A program made the translations under genes and the position numbers. Below the pieces are notes generated by a model that was not told where the DNA came from, searched no databases, and saw nothing but the letters and a program-made list of their open reading frames with translations. Below are positions 1 through 9,509 of a stretch of 32,000 bases of DNA, one piece after another; positions within the stretch are counted from its first letter, which is position 1; every line of letters begins with the position of its first letter. Source of the DNA: Candidatus Thorarchaeota archaeon (lineage in GTDB: Archaea; Asgardarchaeota; Thorarchaeia; Thorarchaeales; Thorarchaeaceae); assembly GCA_008080745.1 (NCBI GenBank), contig SHMX01000003.1:420001-452000 (forward strand). Direction: 5' to 3'.

Positions 1-46
1 AGAGTGGTTTTCTGAATAAGGATAGATGTGACACCACCTGAATAAT

Positions 47-1225
47 TCAACTTTTCCGTTTCCGGATAAGGTACACAATCACCCCAATAACTAATACTAT
101 ACCTAGAATTGCCATTGGGTGAGAAAGAACAAGTGATATTAATACAGGTAGGAATTCCGATTGCGTACCAGTATTCGATGTGTATATGATATAATCCGGA
201 AGAGTGGTTCTTTCACCGGGGTCTGGAATCTGAGGACCTAGTTTTAGCACACGAAAATCGGTTATTGAAATCGATGAATTGAAAATCCAAGAGATGCCAT
301 CGTCATCAGTATCCAATATTCCTTCCCAAGAATATCCAGAATTGATTGGGTTATACGCATACACTTGATGTCCTCCCCCGTTATCACAAAGGAACATTCC
401 ATAATTTTGCATAGCTCGTGCAATTACTTTCCCAGCCTCCTCCATTTCTAAGTCATCTACATCAATAGATGGGTTCAATTGAAGTCGAGCTCCCTCAGGG
501 ATAGCAAGAGGATCATTCGATATACCATCACTTGTAGTAGCAGGACGTACAGCGCCTCCAGATTTCACGTAAAACCAATCTGTTGAATATACAAGTGCAT
601 GCTCGATTAAACCTCGATCAATCTCATGAGGAAAGATTAATCCTGCAGCAAGAGCAAATCCTGAACCTCTAGCTCCCCAGCTATCTCTATAAATCCCGTC
701 AGAATCCAAAGAAATTTTGTTACCCCAAGAGGCAGTCCACCCAGATGGTGTTTTTTCTGCTTGCCAGAAGTCGTACTCGATTCGAGTACCGTTGTCTATG
801 ATACACAGATGTCCATCATCCTCAGGATCGGGTAAAGCATTCTCAGGGATAGGAACATCTTTCATAGTATCCCAGATAGCCCATTCATCAGTGATGTCAA
901 TATCTTGCTGTGGTGTGGATGAGTTCGCAAAGAACACAGGCACACTCCATTTATCGACCCCAACAAACAATTCACCTTCACTCATGCTATCAAGCAGGTT
1001 ATTTACTATCTCTTCGGAGTTAGGTTCAATCTCAGCATTATCAGGAATAGGTATATTGAAGGGGCTTGCATCTGAGAATGGACGAATACTCCACGCATCA
1101 GCTGAGGTATGATTCTGAGAAGTCATACTGAATCTTATTGTGCTATCAGTCAAAACTGGTATGAAAAATAGAATTACCAAAATAAACAGCACCAGTGTGA
1201 GCTGAATAGTTCTGATGCGGGTCAT
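47..1225 (-). CDS. Cell-surface protein: N-terminal signal/TM, uncharacterised extracellular domain, C-terminal TM anchor
   Basis: 392 aa ORF. Hydrophobic N-terminus (IQLTLVLFILVILFFIPVL), acidic Trp/Gly-rich body, hydrophobic C-terminus ending in a basic tail IRKRKS. SD-like AGGA upstream of the ATG. Confidence 0.75.
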   Translation of the reverse strand: MTRIRTIQLTLVLFILVILFFIPVLTDSTIRFSMTSQNHTSADAWSIRPFSDASPFNIPIPDNAEIEPNSEEIVNNLLDSMSEGELFVGVDKWSVPVFFANSSTPQQDIDITDEWAIWDTMKDVPIPENALPDPEDDGHLCIIDNGTRIEYDFWQAEKTPSGWTASWGNKISLDSDGIYRDSWGARGSGFALAAGLIFPHEIDRGLIEHALVYSTDWFYVKSGGAVRPATTSDGISNDPLAIPEGARLQLNPSIDVDDLEMEEAGKVIARAMQNYGMFLCDNGGGHQVYAYNPINSGYSWEGILDTDDDGISWIFNSSISITDFRVLKLGPQIPDPGERTTLPDYIIYTSNTGTQSEFLPVLISLVLSHPMAILGIVLVIGVIVYLIRKRKS

Positions 1226-1356
1226 ATCCTAAACCTAGTAATGTATAATGACTTTAGTGAAATATATCCATCGATTTTCAAAGAACAGAGATAGACTATC
1301 TTTACTTCATCGCACTAGTAAAAAATTTGAATAGGTTTTAGTATATCAAGGAGAAT

Positions 1357-1905
1357 ATGAAAGGTAGTGAGCTTCTACTTCTGATATCAAAAGCTAGAAA
1401 TTGCTTTGATCAAGGGCTTGCTTTAAACAATCAAACAAAGATTATAGAGGCCCTTGAAATTGGACTTGAGATTCGCAGATTTCTGGACTCAGCAGATAGT
1501 GAAACCTTAGAGAGACTCGCATCCGAAATCGATCAGTTCAGGCATCTAGACGGGGGATTGAATTCGTTCATCTATAACTGCATGAAATTAACAGGTAAAT
1601 TTGAAGACATGCTCCCATATTTAGAGAAGACCGTACAGTATTTACAGAATGACCAGAATCCAGATCTTTGGAGGCAACTTGGGCTGTTGTATATGGTTCA
1701 GAAGCAAGATTTGGACAAAGCTTGTGAGGCGTGGAAAAGGGCTATCAATTTGGATAATACCTTAGTTGGAAAATTTCCTGGTCTCAATGTTGTGTACGTA
1801 TATGATGCTATGAAATCTCAAGGTAAAGATGTGACATACAAGATAATATATGCAGATTTAGAGTCAGGGGATTTCTCAGTAGAACTGAGTGCAAATGGGA
1901 ATTAG
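1357..1905 (+). CDS. TPR-containing hypothetical protein
   Basis: 182 aa. One clear TPR (NPDLWRQLGLLYMVQKQDLDKACEAWKRAINLD) plus flanking helices. AAGGAG SD before the ATG. Confidence 0.65.
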   Translation: MKGSELLLLISKARNCFDQGLALNNQTKIIEALEIGLEIRRFLDSADSETLERLASEIDQFRHLDGGLNSFIYNCMKLTGKFEDMLPYLEKTVQYLQNDQNPDLWRQLGLLYMVQKQDLDKACEAWKRAINLDNTLVGKFPGLNVVYVYDAMKSQGKDVTYKIIYADLESGDFSVELSANGN

Positions 1906-1937
1906 GATTTTTCACAGACTGCTTCTGAAATAAACAT

Positions 1938-3395
1938 TCACCTTCGATAATGCCACCAGACTGCAACACACAAGAAACCAAGTAATGTGATTCCTAAATA
2001 TAGATTCGTAAAATCGTGTGATGATGGACTTACTGGTGAGGTAGTAGGAGAATAGGGAATATCTGTTGAAGCAAACGGACTATACTCATATGGACCAATA
2101 TCAAACAGACCATTGTAAGGTCGAAGTGTTCCTTCTATGTCATATGTAGGAGCGTAACTATCAGTCCCCACATCGATGGCTGAGCTGTCATTTACGTGAT
2201 GATAATCATTTCCAAGATAATCAACAAAAAGAGTAGAAGGTGCATAGGAATAAGAATTGGTATCAAATGAGATATCCTGCCATTCGTTTAATGATAGTGC
2301 ATCATCACCAGTCCACACAATTTCTTCCGACTCCAAATGATAGAAGATATTGTAATCTGAGGTGACAGATGAGGTGGTATCAAGCTCCAAAGCATAATCT
2401 CCAGAATCGCCAGCAATAAGTATGTTATTGACCGCAATATTTCCTGTGCTTCCTTCAATCATCTGTAATGCACTTCTGCCATAGCCCTCTTCAAAAATCA
2501 CGAGGTTATTTGCAAATGTATTATCTTTGCAACCGTATGCCGTTCCGTCATTCCCATCATCCCAACAAGCAATTCCTCCAGCGAGATTATCGAAAAGAAG
2601 GTTGTTTTGTACGATGGTATTTCTGACGCTAGCAAAATTGATTGCAGCCCCACCCCCTTCACCATTGTGATATACGTAGTTATTCTCAACTATGCCACCT
2701 GAGATTATACCATCTCCACCCATAAGGGGATCCGCATTGAATTGAATTCCGCTGGCATGATTATCATGAACAAGACAGTTTCTCACAACGGGATAGTCAC
2801 CAGAATTACTAAGATAGATCCCATGTTCTTCACCTGAACCGTAGGTCTCACAGGAATCGATGGAGATATAGTCTGCAAAGTCGCTGAAGATACCCCATTT
2901 CCCGTTATTTCCAAAAGTCGAATTTGTAACTGACACGTGATCAGACCAGCTTATTCTTAGGCCTGAACGAGGAGCATTGAGAATAACTAGATTCTCGATG
3001 ATAATATTATCAGCATGATCTACAAATATCGCATCACGATTATCAAAATCAGATGGTAGTCCAGCTCCGTTTAGAATTGCATCTTGACCAGTTAGAGTAA
3101 TAGGAGATTGTTCAGTGCCAGAGATTTCAAAATGAATGGCAGAATCAAGTTGATATTCTCCAGGAAGAAGGAATAGCGTATCACCAGTTACTAGCTGACT
3201 TACTCCATAGGATGGAGTCTGCCAAGGTTGGTCCATAGTACCTGTATTAGTATCACTACCAGAGGGAGATACGTAATATATGGTATATTCTTGTGAATAG
3301 ACTATACAGGATGCTCCATAATTACTTATCATTATGGTGCAGCCTAAAAGTATAATCAGACATGTCACTAGGTTGGGTCGGCTGGTGGGCATCAA
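1938..3395 (-). CDS. Membrane-anchored right-handed parallel beta-helix (pectin-lyase fold, DUF1565-like) surface protein
   Basis: YYVSPSGSD..GT..QPWQT N-terminal motif, Asn-rich PbH1-like repeats (NCLVHDNHASGI, NNLLFDNLAGGI), SAIDVG..DIEG..R..FDIGPYEY C-terminal motif, Pro/Ser/Thr linker, TM and WHYRR tail. Probable ATG start at 3392. Confidence 0.85.
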   Translation of the reverse strand: MMPTSRPNLVTCLIILLGCTIMISNYGASCIVYSQEYTIYYVSPSGSDTNTGTMDQPWQTPSYGVSQLVTGDTLFLLPGEYQLDSAIHFEISGTEQSPITLTGQDAILNGAGLPSDFDNRDAIFVDHADNIIIENLVILNAPRSGLRISWSDHVSVTNSTFGNNGKWGIFSDFADYISIDSCETYGSGEEHGIYLSNSGDYPVVRNCLVHDNHASGIQFNADPLMGGDGIISGGIVENNYVYHNGEGGGAAINFASVRNTIVQNNLLFDNLAGGIACWDDGNDGTAYGCKDNTFANNLVIFEEGYGRSALQMIEGSTGNIAVNNILIAGDSGDYALELDTTSSVTSDYNIFYHLESEEIVWTGDDALSLNEWQDISFDTNSYSYAPSTLFVDYLGNDYHHVNDSSAIDVGTDSYAPTYDIEGTLRPYNGLFDIGPYEYSPFASTDIPYSPTTSPVSPSSHDFTNLYLGITLLGFLCVAVWWHYRR

Positions 3396-3586
3396 ATTTC
3401 TCTATTTTCAAAACCTAATAGATTCATCGCTATTAAGAGTACATACTTTTCATTTTCACACACCAGATATTCTTTCTGTAGCCATTTGACTAAATAATAA
3501 TCAATTAATGGTAAATATTAAATACGTGTCTCAAAAGGGGGTTACAAATTCGTGTGGATTACATGAATTTAGGAGATGTAATTTAA

Positions 3587-4636
3587 ATGAGAAGAGAGAT
3601 ATTCATTATGGGTATTCTTTTTACAATGTGTTTTGCGATGGTTCTGATCACTCCATCGCCAGTTGCAGCAACAGATCCACCAGGTGTAGGAAATACACCA
3701 GTGGATGTAACAACTTTATCAAGTTGGGATTATGGTATTCATAAAATTTATGAGGATTACACTTACTTCAGGATGTACTCATATTATGGAATATTCACTG
3801 AAACCTCATTTCAACATGAGGTGTTTTTAGGAGGACCAACCTTTACTTCGCTGAAATCTACCCATCCATATGTGAAATCACAATCCCTTACAGTCCAGAG
3901 GATACTGTGTTATGTGCCCATGTTTTCGTTAGAGAGTGAAAATTGGTACTCTCACACCTTAGAAATTGACTCAAGTTTTCAAGAAACATTAGAATTCGAA
4001 TTGAGTGCAGGAATTGATATTGATGATGGTACTTGTAAAATATGGGGTGGAGGATCTATTGCCACAACAACAACATCTGGTTTTGGATGGAGTGTCACAG
4101 CTGAAAATGGTCAAACAAGGATAATCTATGTGAGGTCTATATTCCTCAGAGTTTTTGGTTCAGTAACATATGATCTTGGCTCCAAAGGAACTGAAACACA
4201 TACATATGATGTCACAATTCTTCAAGAATGTGATCTGAATAACATCGTAGTTAGAGACCTTAGTTCAACCTACAACAAGCTTCCTGTGGGAGAAAAAACC
4301 TACTATGATTCTGCAAATGATGGTGACTCTCAACCAGACCTATATTATGGTATGGGAAACAAATGGGTATCATATGAAGAAGCATCTTCAGTGAGTTTAT
4401 TTGTAGGGTTAGAATTCAAAATTGGAGATGAAGATTTTGCATTTTTTGGAGAAGCAAAGTTCACTTGGACCAATTCCCAGTTCATTTCTATAAAACATAT
4501 ATTTGATGAAAAAATTGAAGATGCGTTTTCATATTACTACATATATCAGAACAATTTCTTCAATGTTAACATTGAGCCATTTTATACTGGTTCGGGCGGA
4601 GGTTCAGGCACCGGTCCAGTCTTGACACCCTGGTAG
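3587..4636 (+). CDS. Secreted beta-rich protein with two amphipathic beta-hairpins (possible beta-pore-forming family)
   Basis: 349 aa. Signal peptide ending PSPVAA/T; Ser/Thr/Tyr-rich; AGGAG SD at 3571-3575. The CDS is secure; the function is inferred only. Confidence 0.7.
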   Translation: MRREIFIMGILFTMCFAMVLITPSPVAATDPPGVGNTPVDVTTLSSWDYGIHKIYEDYTYFRMYSYYGIFTETSFQHEVFLGGPTFTSLKSTHPYVKSQSLTVQRILCYVPMFSLESENWYSHTLEIDSSFQETLEFELSAGIDIDDGTCKIWGGGSIATTTTSGFGWSVTAENGQTRIIYVRSIFLRVFGSVTYDLGSKGTETHTYDVTILQECDLNNIVVRDLSSTYNKLPVGEKTYYDSANDGDSQPDLYYGMGNKWVSYEEASSVSLFVGLEFKIGDEDFAFFGEAKFTWTNSQFISIKHIFDEKIEDAFSYYYIYQNNFFNVNIEPFYTGSGGGSGTGPVLTPW

Positions 4637-4875
4637 AATAGATATCAGGCAAATCAAGTACTTGAACGAATCTCGAAGGGTTGCAAACAGCTGGAAAAAA
4701 GTTGGATATTGTTGGACAAAAAAGATAGGAGCTTGTATAGGGTGATACAGGATGAAGTACTGGTTGCAAGACATAGTATCCCTGACCATCACAGAGTCTG
4801 GCTCAGTACCGTTACCTGGGACACCAACGCTCTGATGTCCAAGATTGTCCATAAAACAATGAATGGCAAGAATGT

Positions 4876-4920
4876 AAACACACCTGTTGAGAATGGGTGT
4901 GTTTCTTTATTTTATTTCTT
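4876..4920 (+). terminator. Hairpin plus T-tract, putative intrinsic terminator
   Basis: AAACACACC (4876-4884) / GGTGTGTTT (4896-4904) perfect 9-bp inverted repeat followed by CTTTATTTTATTTCTT. Confidence 0.55.
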
Positions 4921-5145
4921 CAGAAGAGTATTAAAGAATCATTAGTTTCTGAATCAGCCTATCCCAACAAAAACATTCATCATATCTTCTAAAACGTTAG
5001 AAATTTTGAGTAAAGAATTGACTCGATTAACGATTCTGTATCTACCTCTCATCAAATGAGAAGTAGATTTTGTGATAGATGAACAGAAATTACAAACTCA
5101 ATAAAGATAAGTCATGTTTTATACTTTAAAACAATCTCTATTGAG

Positions 5146-6060
5146 ATGAAAGATATGAACGAGTTTGATGAAATGCTCCTCTTAGCAGCAGAAACAGGAC
5201 AAGCAGGAGTGATTGAGATTGCGTTGATGGAAGGTGCCTCATTGGACGTAACTGATGAATTCTTCAAAAATACTGCATTACATATTGCAGCGAGTAAGGG
5301 ATACTTAGACGTTGTAAAGGTGTTAGTAGAAAAGGGAGCTAAAATTCTGGTAAAAAATGGTACTGATTTCACACCAATTCATTTAGCGGCTAGAGACGGT
5401 CACACTGAGATCGTGAGGTTTCTTCTTAAACAGGTCGACAAGATAGAGAGTCGTATACTCATGGATATCATTAATGTAGCACAGATGTCGTATACAGGAA
5501 AACCTGAGATAGTGGAGATGCTTTACAAATATAGAGCATATGTTGCAGAGCCTTCAATATCTGATCTGAGTGATGTGGATACGGAATTGCTATTAGCCTC
5601 CTATTCGGGAGATGTAGCAAAGGTAAAGACATCACTGAATAATGGAGCAAACATTGAGGTTGTATGTGGTCGAGGTATGACTCCTTTGATTTGGGCGTCA
5701 CTACGTGGGAAAATCGAGGTCGTCAAAGAGCTTGTTAAACAGGGTGCAGATATTAACTCTACAAATCGTGCTGGATGGACACCGCTCTTTCAAGCATCTG
5801 CCTGGGGACATCTAGATCTGGTGAAATTCCTTCTTGAAAACAATGCGGACCCAAACATGAAGACAGAATATTCCGAGACTGCAATGATGTTTGCTGCACG
5901 AGAGGGGTACATTGAGATAGTGATGGCCCTTCTGGAGGCTGGAGCAGACCCACATATCGCAATGGAATGTGACGATGAAGAGAATGGAAGAACCGCTCTC
6001 ATTTGGGCAAGAATCAAAGGTCATTCAGAAATCGTAGAATTGTTAGAGGAAAGGAGTTAA
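5146..6060 (+). CDS. Ankyrin-repeat protein (about 9 repeats in two blocks)
   Basis: Canonical repeats TALHIAASKGYLDVVKVLVEKGA, TPIHLAARDGHTEIVRFLL, TPLIWASLRGKIEVVKELVKQGADIN, TPLFQASAWGHLDLVKFLLENNADPN. Confidence 0.95.
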   Translation: MKDMNEFDEMLLLAAETGQAGVIEIALMEGASLDVTDEFFKNTALHIAASKGYLDVVKVLVEKGAKILVKNGTDFTPIHLAARDGHTEIVRFLLKQVDKIESRILMDIINVAQMSYTGKPEIVEMLYKYRAYVAEPSISDLSDVDTELLLASYSGDVAKVKTSLNNGANIEVVCGRGMTPLIWASLRGKIEVVKELVKQGADINSTNRAGWTPLFQASAWGHLDLVKFLLENNADPNMKTEYSETAMMFAAREGYIEIVMALLEAGADPHIAMECDDEENGRTALIWARIKGHSEIVELLEERS

Positions 6061-6070
6061 AAAAAAGAAC

Positions 6071-6637
6071 CTATTCATCAGAATCATATTCTTGAGAGAA
6101 GGTTTCAGCAATCCATTCTCTTGGGTCTTGTGCTTCTTTAGGACGGGCTCCTTCAGTTGGGTCAGATTCTCTTCTTTCTTTCATCTTTTTAGACAGGTCT
6201 CTTTTTCTGATAACTACTCCATCCTTGAGTTCCAGCTCAAATACTGTTTCAAAAGCCATTGCACGTTGAAAGCCCATATGGACATACATTCCCGAAATCA
6301 TGTCTTTTCCCAACATGAGCGTACCTGTGAAGGGAACTCTCATATTCAAATGATATACATAATCAAAGAAACTGTATTCATCTTTCTCTGTTGACGGTTC
6401 GACACCATTTACGACTTTAGCTTCTTTAAGGTTAATATGAAGCTTTGAGAGAAGTAGTATATTCTCTCGAATGTCATATGTTAGAACAAAACCACGCCAA
6501 CAGGCAGTACAACTTGAATAGGGTCTCAAATCAAAATCTGCGGGATCAAATAATCCTTCACCATTAATCCCAACCAGAGCATATTCAACTCCATCTAGAA
6601 GAAATGTATCAGCAATCTGACCGGTCATATCATTCAA
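6071..6637 (-). CDS. Hypothetical protein
   Basis: 188 aa ORF with protein-like composition (STCWRG-like SCTACWRGF motif). GGTGA SD at about 6646-6650 before the TTG; alternative ATG start at 6628. Confidence 0.7.
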   Translation of the reverse strand: MNDMTGQIADTFLLDGVEYALVGINGEGLFDPADFDLRPYSSCTACWRGFVLTYDIRENILLLSKLHINLKEAKVVNGVEPSTEKDEYSFFDYVYHLNMRVPFTGTLMLGKDMISGMYVHMGFQRAMAFETVFELELKDGVVIRKRDLSKKMKERRESDPTEGARPKEAQDPREWIAETFSQEYDSDE

Positions 6638-6685
6638 CTAGTGATATCACCAAACTGTTTTTAATTTTTTTAGAGAATACTAAAA

Positions 6686-8836
6686 TCAGTTCTTAGGTAT
6701 TATTAGTTTGAAGACTGTATCTTTTCCAGATTCCAGACTGATTTCCCACCCATGAGCTGCGGCAATCTTTAGTATTATCTGAAATCCTTTACCTCGCCCA
6801 TGTTTACAGGAATACCCCTTATGTAATAAGACAGCCTGAATCTCTTGAGGGATAGGTGTACCATCATTCTTGAAGATAAGTTCATATTGATAAGGGGCAT
6901 CTACGACGCGAATTTCGATTGAATTAGGTGAGCCATGTTCTACCGCGTTTAGTAACATGTTATGAACCAGCTGAACCATCCGCTCTCGGTCACATGAAAT
7001 GGTAGGAAGGTCATCTCGTTCAAATAGAATATTTTTTGGAATTATATTGGATGAGATAGAATCGATAATTTCATTCAAATCCACCTCTGTTTTATTTCCA
7101 ATTACCGCTCCAGCATCTGCCAGCTCTACAGACTTGTCCAGAATGCGAAGAGCATCATAGGATAGTGTTTCGATTCTATCAAGATATTCCTCGTCATATT
7201 CACCCTTGAGAAGTTGAGTCAGACCAACGATATTGCTAAAATAACCTCGAATATCATGTGCAATCATATGTGCAAAATCCCCAAGCTCCTCACGTTGTGC
7301 CCGAATACTGTGTTCAATTTCTTTTCGTTCCGTAATATCTTGAGCAAAACCAATGCTTCGAATTACGGTCCCCTCATCGTTTCTAACATGAAATCCACGA
7401 GCATGAATCCATCTCACTGTGCCAGATTTGATTATACGAAATTCTGTATCATATTTTTTGTCGTCTTCAAAATGTCTTCGTATCTCCAGCAAAATTCTCT
7501 CTCGATCATCAGGATGAATCACATTTAGGAATGTAGTATCATCTGTTTTTGCAGTTTCAGAATCAATTCCGAAAATCCTTTCAAATCCTGGACTCAGATA
7601 GATAGTATCGAAAGGGGGATTTAACTCGGTAATCCAGAATGCCTCATCAATATTATCAGCAAATTGTGTAAACCAGCTTTCAGTTTTCTGCAAGGAGTCT
7701 AGTAGTCTCTTTCGATCAGTGATATCCAATTGGGCTGCAAGGATTGCTGGTTGACCATCAAACGTAGTCATTGTGACTCTGACGTCCATCCATCTCACTT
7801 GTTCTCGACTATTAATCAAGCGATACTGATATCGTTCGGGTACTGAAAGGCCTTTGTTTCGTTTCTCCAATTGTTCTACGAGTCGTTCCCGGTCCTCAGA
7901 ATGGATTGATTCTAGCATCTTTTTCCGGTCCAGTTCAAGCAAGTCATTCACTGAACAAGCCATAATCTCAGCCATAGCTTTGTTAGCGTATAGAACCTTC
8001 ATATCGTTTATAGAAAAGATTATGATACCTTGAAGTGAATCATCGATAATTTGCTGATATTTTGTATCGCTTCTCTTGAGTTTCTGTTGAGATTCTTTCC
8101 ATTCTGTGATATCTTGAACAATACCCAAGATGCTTTTTTCATCTCCATGAAGAGATAATGTGAGTGAATACCATCTTGTGCCCTCCTCTATTTCTAGCTC
8201 ATATTCTAGGTATCGTTGTTGTCCATCCTCCCGTACTTTTTTCTGAGCTTCAAGGAACATAGATTGAACAGGTTCTGGTGTGACCTCACTTACGTGTTTG
8301 CCAAGGAATTCTTCAGGAGGGAGTAGAGGAGAAATTTTAGGAGAATCATAGAACTCTATGTAATTGTCGTTTTCATCTATGATAAACACCATTGCATCAA
8401 TCACCTCTGCAAGCTGTTTATACCGCTGTTGAGAAAGAATGAGATCCTGAAGTGCACGAGTATATTCAGCGGAATTGATGATAATATGTGCTAATTCAGC
8501 ATATTGAACAGCAGGATCACCTTCTTTCTTAACATACTGGGTCGCACCTAAGTTGAGAGCCTTGATAGCTACCTCCTCACGTGACATTCCAGTAAACACT
8601 ATTATTGGGAGAATCTCATTTTTCTCACGTAAAATACGTAATAAGTCAAGTCCATTCATTGGGCTCATCTCATAATCTGTGACCAGCACATCGAAATCCA
8701 TTGTATCAATAACCTCAATGGCTTTCTCTGCAGAATCTACGGTGGTCACTTCCAGCTCAGCGTGTTTTTGCAAGAATCGCCTAGCAATAACTAGTGTATC
8801 GGGATCATCATCAACAAAAAGCACCTGCAGGACCAT
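6686..8836 (-). CDS. Hybrid sensor histidine kinase REC-PAS-PAS-PAS-HisKA-HATPase
   Basis: REC (VLFVDDD, VLVTDYEMSPMNG, KK), three PAS/PAC units (IVQDITEWK, QLDITDRK, FAQDITERK), H-box AHDIR, N-box NMLLNAVEH, KNDG and GRGKGF boxes. Confidence 0.93.
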   Translation of the reverse strand: MVLQVLFVDDDPDTLVIARRFLQKHAELEVTTVDSAEKAIEVIDTMDFDVLVTDYEMSPMNGLDLLRILREKNEILPIIVFTGMSREEVAIKALNLGATQYVKKEGDPAVQYAELAHIIINSAEYTRALQDLILSQQRYKQLAEVIDAMVFIIDENDNYIEFYDSPKISPLLPPEEFLGKHVSEVTPEPVQSMFLEAQKKVREDGQQRYLEYELEIEEGTRWYSLTLSLHGDEKSILGIVQDITEWKESQQKLKRSDTKYQQIIDDSLQGIIIFSINDMKVLYANKAMAEIMACSVNDLLELDRKKMLESIHSEDRERLVEQLEKRNKGLSVPERYQYRLINSREQVRWMDVRVTMTTFDGQPAILAAQLDITDRKRLLDSLQKTESWFTQFADNIDEAFWITELNPPFDTIYLSPGFERIFGIDSETAKTDDTTFLNVIHPDDRERILLEIRRHFEDDKKYDTEFRIIKSGTVRWIHARGFHVRNDEGTVIRSIGFAQDITERKEIEHSIRAQREELGDFAHMIAHDIRGYFSNIVGLTQLLKGEYDEEYLDRIETLSYDALRILDKSVELADAGAVIGNKTEVDLNEIIDSISSNIIPKNILFERDDLPTISCDRERMVQLVHNMLLNAVEHGSPNSIEIRVVDAPYQYELIFKNDGTPIPQEIQAVLLHKGYSCKHGRGKGFQIILKIAAAHGWEISLESGKDTVFKLIIPKN

Positions 8837-8957
8837 TACAATTCGCCCACTATATTTTATTTCAAAAATTTTTAATTCAGTTAATGCTACCTTTAGAGAT
8901 ATATAGTTATTAGCTGATTATATTTAGAATATAGTTGAGTAGAAGGTGAAAAATGCT

Positions 8958-9380
8958 ATGCCATTTTTTGAAAGTAGCGAACAATTACAAGATGTATTTC
9001 GAGAATTTTGGTCACGAGTGCAACTGGAAGATGAGGTAATGGAGAGGTTGGCCAAGTCAGGAATCATCGTTCGATTCGATATAGAACAGCCAGAAGTTCA
9101 TGTCACTATTGATTTCAAAAATACAGGACCCGATGGGAAATTGGGTAATTTGAGCTTCGATTCTGATGTTGAACCAGATATAGCTGTATGGAGTACATCC
9201 GAGACCACAAACAAGTTTTGGCAAGGAAAGCTAAATACTACCATCGCCATGGCAAAGCGTCAGGTAAAGATGGATGGTTCTATTCCGAAAGCTATGGGGC
9301 TCTTATCAAAGATTAAACCACTATTCAAGATCTTCCCACAGGTCCTGAAGGATCAAGGTCTTGATCATATGGTGCTATAG
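8958..9380 (+). CDS. SCP2 (sterol carrier protein 2) domain lipid-binding protein
   Basis: PDIAVWSTSETTNKFWQGKLNTTIAMAKRQVKMDGSIPKAM matches the SCP2 consensus (G.l....A...G.lk..G). AGGTGA SD at 8944-8949 supports the ATG at 8958. Confidence 0.85.
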   Translation: MPFFESSEQLQDVFREFWSRVQLEDEVMERLAKSGIIVRFDIEQPEVHVTIDFKNTGPDGKLGNLSFDSDVEPDIAVWSTSETTNKFWQGKLNTTIAMAKRQVKMDGSIPKAMGLLSKIKPLFKIFPQVLKDQGLDHMVL

Positions 9381-9509
9381 ACATATTCAAATTATTACTT
9401 ATAGAACACAGGGAAGAATATTTGATGTAGGTGTAGTTCTCTAAGCTAATGCTTATTAGGGCTCACGCAAATAATCAATATGATTCACTATTGTTAATTG
9501 GTGAGGATA

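Noticed and set aside
717-1112. 131-aa + strand ORF (and similar 11277-11681, 14499-14927, 13787-14125, 18855-19211, 25078-25449, 28777-29133)
   Set aside because: Antisense shadows of well-supported genes; no motifs or SD sites.
3508-3744. 78-aa Cys-rich + strand ORF
   Set aside because: Alternative frame overlapping the signal-peptide-bearing 3587 gene, which has the SD.
4566-4852. Two short - strand ORFs (67 and 82 aa)
   Set aside because: They overlap the 3-prime end of the 3587 gene, have no recognisable domain or SD, and conflict with the + strand terminator.
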